A stretch of DNA of 31,565 nucleotides from the IMG/VR virus record IMGVR_UViG_3300045988_062277, one strand, 5' to 3'. A model generated the notes under the pieces. The model had not been told where the DNA came from. It did no database searches and saw nothing but the letters and a program-made list of their open reading frames with translations. The DNA comes from a virus. Made by a program: the position numbers and the translations under genes. Below, in pieces: positions 8,517-14,234 of this stretch. Numbering within the stretch: the first letter of the stretch is position 1; each line of letters starts with the position of its first letter.

Positions 8517-8652
8517 GGTTTCCTTCGTGATGGTTGATGGTGTCGATGATGCCTTTGACCACGCCTGTGAGGATGAGGATGGCCGCCGTGGTGCCAAGCA
8601 CGGACAGGACGGCTGCGAATATGTACAGGCAGTTCATCATGAACTCATGCAT
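8509..8652 (-). CDS. 47-aa membrane microprotein (below the track cutoff)
   Basis: Manual translation gives MHEFMMNCLYIFAAVLSVLGTTAAILILTGVVKGIIDTINHHEGNHE. It has a GGAG RBS and start/stop overlaps with both neighbours. Confidence 0.45.
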   Translation of the reverse strand: MHEFMMNCLYIFAAVLSVLGTTAAILILTGVVKGIIDTINHHEGNHE

Positions 8653-9556
8653 TTTTCCTCTCCTTCACCACGCTAAGTCGCGTGGTCGATGATGTTTTCT
8701 GGAATGGGGTCAGGTCTGCTGGATGCTGGCTGAAATACGCCTTGTAGTCGGTGGTTGTGCGCGTGGTTTCCGCCAGTCGTGCGACGTGCCCATCGCATGC
8801 CACTCGTTCGCCGGGGTGTTCGTTCAGCCATGTGGCGAGCTTTTCCTTCAGCGCCTCGTACCTGTCTTTCGCTTCCAACAGGTCGGCCAACAGTTGTCGT
8901 CCGCCATTGTCCGCGTCCGTTGGATGCGCCGCGCGCTCGTATTCCGCCGCATGCTTCTCCAGTGCATCCGTGTCCATCACGTTGGAAACGGTTACGATGT
9001 CGAGCGTTTCCTTGATTCGCTTGGTGATGGAGTCGGGGCTCAGTGTCTCCCATGACGGGGGGCGTTGCGCGTAGATGATTTCCGCATAATCCGTGTCCAT
9101 CATGCGGGCTTCTATCTGAGCTTGTGCCGAGTATTGGCTGTGCTGTTCGGATGTGAGGAACGCATAGGAGGTTTTGCTTCCGGTTTTCACTTCGACGGTG
9201 TGCAGGAAGCCTCCATGGTCTCGGTATGCGGCGTCCAGTGAGACGTGCAGGCGTCCGTCGGTGTAGAAGCTGTTGTCGTACCATGCGAGCTGTCCGTTTT
9301 TCAGCTGGCTAACCGGAGTGTTCTTGCTGGCGACGTCCAGCTTTAGGTGCTCCGCATACAGTTTGACGAGCATTGGCTCCCAGATGCTGCCGAACCGTAA
9401 TGCCGACTGCACGGCGGGGACGTCGGGGGGGGGTGATGGCAGCTGTCCTGTGGCGATGAAATGCGCGAGACTGGACGCGCCTATCGTTTCCTCGCGGGCT
9501 TTGAGCCATGTCTCACGGTCTTGGAAGACCTTGTATGTCAGATTTTCTTTGTCCAT
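8645..9556 (-). CDS. YqaJ-like (lambda Exo / RecE-type) PD-(D/E)XK recombination exonuclease
   Basis: IGASSLAHF, GSIWEPML, HVSLDAAY and VEVKTG fit the YqaJ viral recombinase domain pattern. It is adjacent to ERF and SSB. Confidence 0.75.
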   Translation of the reverse strand: MDKENLTYKVFQDRETWLKAREETIGASSLAHFIATGQLPSPPPDVPAVQSALRFGSIWEPMLVKLYAEHLKLDVASKNTPVSQLKNGQLAWYDNSFYTDGRLHVSLDAAYRDHGGFLHTVEVKTGSKTSYAFLTSEQHSQYSAQAQIEARMMDTDYAEIIYAQRPPSWETLSPDSITKRIKETLDIVTVSNVMDTDALEKHAAEYERAAHPTDADNGGRQLLADLLEAKDRYEALKEKLATWLNEHPGERVACDGHVARLAETTRTTTDYKAYFSQHPADLTPFQKTSSTTRLSVVKERKNA

Positions 9557-9921
9557 TTCATTTTTCCTTCCGAATCGACGATGAGAATTTCGTGGTACGT
9601 GTTCGTCAGGTCAACCAGGTTCCTGTAGAGCAGGATGGTGTCGACGGCCTTCATGCCGTATAGGAGCATGACGTTCGCGTTGTGTTCGGCGAGCGTTTTG
9701 AGTTCGCGGCATTGGTCCGGGCTTGGCTTTCCCACCGTGCGCTTCAGTTCGATGAACCATACATTGCCGAGCGGGTCGACGGCGGTCACGTCGGGGAACC
9801 CGTTGCGTGAGCGTCCTTCCGTTTTCTGCACGTACCATCCTTGCTGTTCCAAGGTTCTGATAAGACGGTTTTGGATGGTTGATTCCAATGGTTCCGGCTT
9901 GTGGTCATTCAGTTTCGGCAT
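9538..9921 (-). CDS. VRR-NUC domain nuclease
   Basis: ESTIQNRLIRTLEQQGWYVQK...GFPDVTAV...WFIELKR...SPDQ is the canonical VRR-NUC PD-(D/E)XK pattern. Confidence 0.8.
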   Translation of the reverse strand: MPKLNDHKPEPLESTIQNRLIRTLEQQGWYVQKTEGRSRNGFPDVTAVDPLGNVWFIELKRTVGKPSPDQCRELKTLAEHNANVMLLYGMKAVDTILLYRNLVDLTNTYHEILIVDSEGKMKWTKKI

Positions 9922-10183
9922 TGGCGTTCTCCTTGATTCTTACCGCGCTGACCCATACCGTGTATGTGCCGTCCGGCTTTCGGCGTGCGACTGCGGCGTA
10001 GTCGACGTTTGGATCGGTCCATGAGGTGATGTGTTTGCGGATATGGTAGGCGGTGGCGTTCGCGGTGGTGCGTTTCTTGTATGAACGGTATTCAGCCCAT
10101 CGGCCTAGATTGCATTTAAGCATCGCATTGAATGCGGTGTCTACCCGGCTGTTGGCGGGGGGGGTGTCTAGGAATTCCCTCAT
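9905..10183 (-). CDS. Hypothetical protein
   Basis: An operon-embedded ORF with an ATGA overlap to the upstream gene. It contains a G8 run encoding Pro-Pro. Confidence 0.55.
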   Translation of the reverse strand: MREFLDTPPANSRVDTAFNAMLKCNLGRWAEYRSYKKRTTANATAYHIRKHITSWTDPNVDYAAVARRKPDGTYTVWVSAVRIKENANAETE

Positions 10184-10377
10184 TCGTTTTCCTTCGGTTT
10201 GAAATATGCGGGCATGATTGACTTCGGTATGATTTTGCCTTCGCGTTCCAACCGTTTCGCGCGGGGGAACAGCCAGCCGCGCGACACGTTGAGCGCACGC
10301 GCGGCTTGGTCGATGCTCAGGCAGGTGGTGAGTTCGTCAATCAGCGTGTCATCACTGTAGTTGATTGGCGCGTTCAT
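10180..10377 (-). CDS. Small helix-turn-helix DNA-binding protein
   Basis: LSIDQAARALNVSRGWLFPRAKRL is a typical HTH (excisionase/MerR-like small DNA binders). Confidence 0.6.
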   Translation of the reverse strand: MNAPINYSDDTLIDELTTCLSIDQAARALNVSRGWLFPRAKRLEREGKIIPKSIMPAYFKPKENE

Positions 10378-10383
10378 GGGTGG

Positions 10384-10923
10384 CTAGAATTCCAGGTCCG
10401 ATTCTTCGACGTCCTCGTCGTCGACGGTCAGCTGCTGATATACGCCGAACTTGTGGGGGGAGGGGGTGTTGTTCTTTTCGACTCGCAGCAGTTGCACGCC
10501 GGTCAGGAAGTATGTGAGCTTGCCTTCCTTCGTGTTGCCGATTTTGAACGCCACGTTGGCAAGCGTGCCGTCGCCCGGCTCTTCGGCCAGTTCCATGTCA
10601 TTGGCGTTTTGGTCTACGATGCTTGGCTTCCACTTGGACGAGAGGTTGACAAGCCACTTGCCGTGCTGGGGCTGCGTGCCGTCCTTTAGGGTGACTAAGT
10701 CACCGTCCTTGTAACGGAGGTTGTCGCCGTTGGCGCGGACGCCCAGCTGTTTCGCCGCCGCTACGAGTTCCTTATGCACGTCGCCGTTCTTGGGGAAAGC
10801 GAGCTGCAATTGGTAGTTTGCTTCGATGCCGCGCTGCTTCGCCGAGTCGGACTGATACTTGTCTTTGATGTGTACGAATTGGATTTTGCCTACCGCTTCG
10901 ATTTCGAGCATGTCGTTTGCCAT
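10384..10923 (-). CDS. Single-stranded DNA-binding protein, T7 gp2.5-like (DUF2815-type)
   Basis: The acidic C-terminal tail ends in an aromatic residue (DDEDVEESDLEF). It has an OB-fold-like beta-rich body and sits between ERF and the exonuclease. Confidence 0.65.
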   Translation of the reverse strand: MANDMLEIEAVGKIQFVHIKDKYQSDSAKQRGIEANYQLQLAFPKNGDVHKELVAAAKQLGVRANGDNLRYKDGDLVTLKDGTQPQHGKWLVNLSSKWKPSIVDQNANDMELAEEPGDGTLANVAFKIGNTKEGKLTYFLTGVQLLRVEKNNTPSPHKFGVYQQLTVDDEDVEESDLEF

Positions 10924-10947
10924 TGTTTTTCCTTTCGTTGGTTTTGG

Positions 10948-11412
10948 TTAGTTGAATTCTTCAGTGAGGGAGGGGCGTGGGAGTGTTTTGCCGTCGTCGT
11001 CCATGACGGTTGTGAGTCCAAGCAGGTGGGTTAGGGCATAGCGTCGATAGTAGGTTTCGAAGCTGCCGACCTGTTGGGCTGCGGTAGCGGGATAAGTGTA
11101 GCTGCTGCTCGCCGCCTCGCCGTGCTTCACCATGTCCAAGAGGTTTTCGCACTCGTGCGCGGACTCGTAGACGGCCACGGTCAGAGTGTTGTATACGGTT
11201 GGCATGTCCGTTTGCGCTCCGACTATCTCGCTCGCGCATACGGCGGTCCAGCCTAGGCCATGTTCTTCCATGCTGTCCTTGACGAGCTGCCATACGTCGT
11301 CCAGTGTGGCGTACTTGTATCCGTATCCTTCTGTTGTGCGTTTGACGGCTTCCACCGACTGCTGCACTTCCGCGATTCTGGTGAACACGTCGTGTCGTTT
11401 ATCGTTCTCCAT
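10948..11412 (-). CDS. erf: ERF-family single-strand annealing protein
   Basis: YKYATLDDVWQLVKDSMEEHGL and GSFETYYRRYALTHLLGL match the conserved ERF motifs. Confidence 0.65.
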   Translation of the reverse strand: MENDKRHDVFTRIAEVQQSVEAVKRTTEGYGYKYATLDDVWQLVKDSMEEHGLGWTAVCASEIVGAQTDMPTVYNTLTVAVYESAHECENLLDMVKHGEAASSSYTYPATAAQQVGSFETYYRRYALTHLLGLTTVMDDDGKTLPRPSLTEEFN

Positions 11413-11785
11413 TGTCGTTGCTCCTTCTTTTGAGTTCGTTTTCGATTAGCGTCTCGTTTATGGCGAACCGGTATGAGTATTCCACGAGGTCGTCGAAGTC
11501 GCTTTGGGTGTGGGGCGTGTGTTCGTTGATTGCGTGTCTGGCTATGTCGGCAAGGTTTTCGTCCGTCGGGTTCGACTTGTACTCGTCGATGCGGTCCTGC
11601 CACACGTCGTGGCGTCCTTGCAGCCATGCGGCGAGTGCGTTTTGGTAGTCTTTGGCCATGTATGGTGCCGCCATGTCGTATACGATTATGGTTGTCACCG
11701 CGTCGATTCCTGCGTTGAGCGTCCTGTCTGGCAGGTAGGTGAGGAACGTTTCTACTCTATTGTGGAAGTATTCTGAAGTTTCCAT
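11399..11785 (-). CDS. Hypothetical protein, first gene of the main leftward operon
   Basis: Start METSEYF with a GAGG RBS. The 136-aa upstream extension in the track has non-protein-like composition and spans a promoter and a tRNA-like element. Confidence 0.65.
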   Translation of the reverse strand: METSEYFHNRVETFLTYLPDRTLNAGIDAVTTIIVYDMAAPYMAKDYQNALAAWLQGRHDVWQDRIDEYKSNPTDENLADIARHAINEHTPHTQSDFDDLVEYSYRFAINETLIENELKRRSNDNGER

Positions 11786-11804
11786 TTTTTTTGCCTCATT
11801 ATTT

Positions 11805-11813
11805 ATTATATCA
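11805..11813 (-). promoter_or_regulatory. Extended -10 promoter (TGATATAAT) for the leftward early operon
   Basis: The minus strand reads ...caccaTGATATAATaaataatGAGGcaaaaaaaATG. The local sequence is AT-rich. Confidence 0.45.
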
Positions 11814-11911
11814 TGGTGTGCCGTGCGACACGACCGAAGACTTGTCGACCGTTTTGCGGTTCGGTCGGCCATCGCGGCCGCCGTCCCTTGGTGGAATGGC
11901 CGACATGTCTC

Positions 11912-11936
11912 GTGCCCCTGCGGGACTCGAACCCGC
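11912..11936 (-). other. tRNA 3'-half-like element (T-arm plus acceptor 3' strand), not a complete tRNA
   Basis: The minus strand reads GCGGG-TTCGAGT-CCCGC-AGGGGCA-C. No matching 5' acceptor strand, D-arm or 7-nt anticodon loop lies upstream. Confidence 0.5.
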
Positions 11937-12208
11937 ATGTGTGCCGCTGGGGCCGGATGGTCAGGCGGTCGATCATCCTGAACGTCTCCGCGTCCGTCGC
12001 GGACCATCGCGGTAACGGTCGGCGTGTCGATGTGCACGATGTGGTCGGCGAGCGGCACGAACCGTACCCCTTTGTTGCGGTGATGCTGCCGTTGCGGATG
12101 AGCCTCAGTTCGTACCCGCCATGTTGTCGATGAAAGTCTGCTTGTCCATTTCAGGTTGGTGCTTTCAGCATACCACTTTATATACTGTCGCAATGTCGGC
12201 GCGTCGCG

Positions 12209-12751
12209 TCACAGTTCACTGAGAACGTACACTTTGCGCCATGCCGTCCCAACGCCGTCAATCGGGTTGCCGTCCCTGACGGCCTTGCGTAGCCACGACA
12301 GCGTGACGCCGTGGAACGTGTCGTCGGTCTGGGCGAGGAACTCCTTGACGTGCCTCAACGTGGTGGCGCTCAGGCATCCCATGCCGATTTCCACGGCGTA
12401 TGTCGTGATGTCTTCGTCGGAGTATGTCGGCGTGACCTTGGCGACGACCGTGCCATACGACTTGAGAACAAGCTGCGTGCCGTGTTCGGTGTCCCAGCGT
12501 TCGACGAACGCCTTGCCGTGGAAGGACTGGCGCGAGTCGTACAGCGGCTGCAATTCGAAGGTTCCAAGATAATCACTCATTTCAATCACTCCTTGTGGTT
12601 CGGTTGGTTGGTTTGGTTCAGGCGATGGGCTGGGGCATGCCGCCTCAGGCGTGAGCACGCCCTCGTGATGGTGGTAGAGGTCTCCGGTCGAGGTGAGGAA
12701 GTGGCCCTCCCCGCCTCGGATGTGGCCTTTGCCGCTGAGTCTCTTGTTCAT
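12209..12751 (-). CDS. Immediate-early protein A: a 35-aa paralogous N-module, a Pro-rich linker and a 123-aa C-domain. A strong internal start lies at 12580.
   Basis: MNKRLSGKGHIRGGEGHFLTSTGDLYHHHEGVLTP..., then an in-frame AAGGAG-N8-ATG (MSDYLGTFELQ...). It is driven by promoter P1. Confidence 0.6.
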   Translation of the reverse strand: MNKRLSGKGHIRGGEGHFLTSTGDLYHHHEGVLTPEAACPSPSPEPNQPTEPQGVIEMSDYLGTFELQPLYDSRQSFHGKAFVERWDTEHGTQLVLKSYGTVVAKVTPTYSDEDITTYAVEIGMGCLSATTLRHVKEFLAQTDDTFHGVTLSWLRKAVRDGNPIDGVGTAWRKVYVLSEL

Positions 12752-12778
12752 TTGGTCACTCCTTTGGTTGATGGTTCT

Positions 12779-12820
12779 AATATACCGCACTTGGCGTTGG
12801 CCGTCAAGTGCGGCGTGTCG
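12779..12820 (-). promoter_or_regulatory. Promoter P1 with an overlapping palindromic operator
   Basis: On the minus strand: CGACACGCCG-cac-TTGACG-17nt-TATATT. The palindrome arms are 12785-12793 and 12805-12813 (ccgcacttg/caagtgcgg). Confidence 0.6.
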
Positions 12821-12823
12821 CGT

Positions 12824-12994
12824 TCAGATGGAGGCGGCCCGGACGCCCTCAAGTTCCGCATACGCCTTCGGATGGTTCGTGGTGGTCAGTGGCGTGAGCT
12901 CGCCCTCGTGGTAGGCGTAGACCTCCCCGGCCGTGGTGACGAACACCCCCTCGCCGTTCCTGATGTAGCCCTTGCCGTTCAGTGCCTTGTGCAT
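12824..12994 (-). CDS. Immediate-early protein B (56 aa), a paralog of the N-module of protein A
   Basis: MHKALNGKGYIRNGEGVFVTTAGEVYAYHEGELTP... shares 21 of 35 residues with protein A. It has a GGAGG RBS and is driven by P2. Confidence 0.55.
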   Translation of the reverse strand: MHKALNGKGYIRNGEGVFVTTAGEVYAYHEGELTPLTTTNHPKAYAELEGVRAASI

Positions 12995-13021
12995 TTCCCT
13001 CCTTGTTTGGTTGATGGTTCT

Positions 13022-13062
13022 AGTATACCGAACTTGACACCATGCGTCAAGTCGGCGTGTCG
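13022..13062 (-). promoter_or_regulatory. Promoter P2 with an overlapping palindromic operator
   Basis: On the minus strand: CGACACGCCG-ac-TTGACG-17nt-TATACT. The palindrome arms are 13029-13038 and 13046-13054 (cgaacttgac/gtcaagtcg). The leader is nearly identical to that of P1. Confidence 0.6.
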
Positions 13063-13094
13063 TGAGAACGGTTCTCAATAACAGGAGCGAGCGC

Positions 13095-13192
13095 GAACCC
13101 AGCCAACGCATGAACCCGGTCAATAGACGAACGCCGTTGACATGCGAACACGGTCAATGCGTGAACGCCGTCAACACATGAACGCCGTCAAC
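13095..13192. repeat. Array of six 13-bp iterons at exact 17-bp phasing
   Basis: GAACCCAGCCAAC (13095), GAACCCGGTCAAT (13112), GAACGCCGTTGAC (13129), GAACACGGTCAAT (13146), GAACGCCGTCAAC (13163), GAACGCCGTCAAC (13180). Confidence 0.85.
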
Positions 13193-13899
13193 ACACCAAC
13201 AAAACAAGAACGATCCCCAACAAAAGACAGGGAGAGCCACCACCACACAAGGGGGGGGAGCCCAAAAACGACACGAGCCGAGCCCCACCGCACGCCTTGC
13301 CGATTGCGTCGACGAGTGCGAACGGGTCAGAACACCCTCTAGAAGCCATTCTTTGGGGTCTTAGACGGGCTTTCATGCCGAACCCTAGTACTTTTACCTC
13401 CCAGCACCGAAAGGCCCTCAGAGACGCCTTTTTCGATTCCGACGTGACCTTTGCCGCAGCCATGGCGCGGACGCGTCGCCAGCTGGCCGCCGTCGGCTGG
13501 GTTCGGCCATGGCTTGGCTCGGCCATGGAAGGTCTTCGCGCGACGCTGCGGAGGCCGTTCGGCATCGAAAACCGGTGGATGGCGACCATGTGCGGATGGC
13601 GGCTCGTTTTTGCCTCCGGGACCATATGCGAGGGCCGTTCCTACAGCGTCATTCCAACGTTTTCGAGGTGTCGCGCCACCACTGCGGCCATGTCGGCGGC
13701 GGGTTGGCTTGACGGAAACGGCCAAATGGTGTGTTTGTGTCTTGGTTTTGGCTTGTTTCCAGCGCTGAGCCTGTGGATAACTCAAGTCAGTGGCAACAAA
13801 TTCTGTGATGGAATTGTGAACAAAACTTCAGATTCAGCGAAGACCACACAAAGTTCGGCACCCTCGACACGCCGTGTTTTGTCATACCCCATGGTGTAT

Positions 13900-14047
13900 C
13901 ACGCGCGCGCACGAGAATGACCCTCCCAAACCCCAATAGATGTAGTGTGTAGGTGTAGGTATATATGGTATGTTGTTGTTGTTGTTGTTGGTCTATATAG
14001 ATATAAGCGCGTGACGTGCGCGCGCGCGCGCGCGTATACACCCCCCC
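13900..14047. repeat. Low-complexity block: alternating purine-pyrimidine GC tracts flanking an AT-rich segment with a (TGT)6 microsatellite and a C7 run
   Basis: cacgcgcgcgcacg at 13900-13913; (TGT)6 at 13971-13990; a 28-nt alternating Pu-Py tract at 14014-14041 with a (GC)8 core; C7 at 14041-14047; A9 at 14074-14082. Confidence 0.85.
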
Positions 14048-14166
14048 GAGCATGGTTGTCAAGTCGTGTTCACATAAAAAGGCAAAAAAAAACCCTAGAA
14101 CACCCGGCTACGTTTTCCTACATCCTACGTTCCGTGCGGAAACCAACGATTTCCGACGCGCCGTAG

Positions 14167-14195
14167 TTGAAAACTCATAGCGGGTGTGCTAGGGT
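14167..14195 (+). promoter_or_regulatory. Candidate promoter of the replicase gene
   Basis: TTGAAA, a 17-nt spacer, then TAGGGT. A GGAG RBS lies at 14225-14228 before the ATG at 14235. Confidence 0.35.
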
Positions 14196-14234
14196 TGAAC
14201 TTGTCGAAAAACAACCTTACCACAGGAGAAACCC

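Noticed and set aside
8517-8597. The N-terminal extension (MAPRRPSSSS...) of ORF 8136..8597(-)
   Set aside because: The extension overlaps the 47-aa membrane microprotein frame region and lacks an RBS. The ATG at 8516 has a GAAGGAAA RBS and an operon-style overlap.
11860-11990. A complete tRNA gene on the minus strand
   Set aside because: Only the T-arm and the 3' acceptor strand are present. There is no complementary 5' acceptor strand (TGCCCCT) and no canonical anticodon stem-loop within 90 nt upstream.
11786-12193. The N-terminal 136-aa extension of ORF 11399..12193(-)
   Set aside because: The extension runs through an AT-rich promoter and the tRNA-like element and has Arg/His/Thr-rich nonsense composition. 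A good RBS and ATG lie at 11785.
13095-13192. A CRISPR-like array
   Set aside because: The units are 13 bp at a 17-bp period with only 4-bp spacers, which is far too short. This is an iteron or tandem-repeat array.
13190-13760. A long-range inverted repeat between the CA-rich tract (13190-13240) and the GT-rich tract (13728-13760), as a closing stem or MITE-like termini
   Set aside because: The two tracts are complementary in composition. When aligned by hand, the matching words are not collinear, so no convincing continuous helix or terminal inverted repeat could be built.
13297-13920. A 207-aa ORF on the plus strand, and the overlapping ORFs 13188..13625(-), 13339..13785(-) and 13451..13768(+), in the control region
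   Set aside because: They are Trp/Arg/Cys-rich, have no RBS, and have irregular third-position GC unlike the bona fide genes. All frames are open in parallel, as expected for GC-rich non-coding DNA. The region is treated as non-coding, pending a blastx check.
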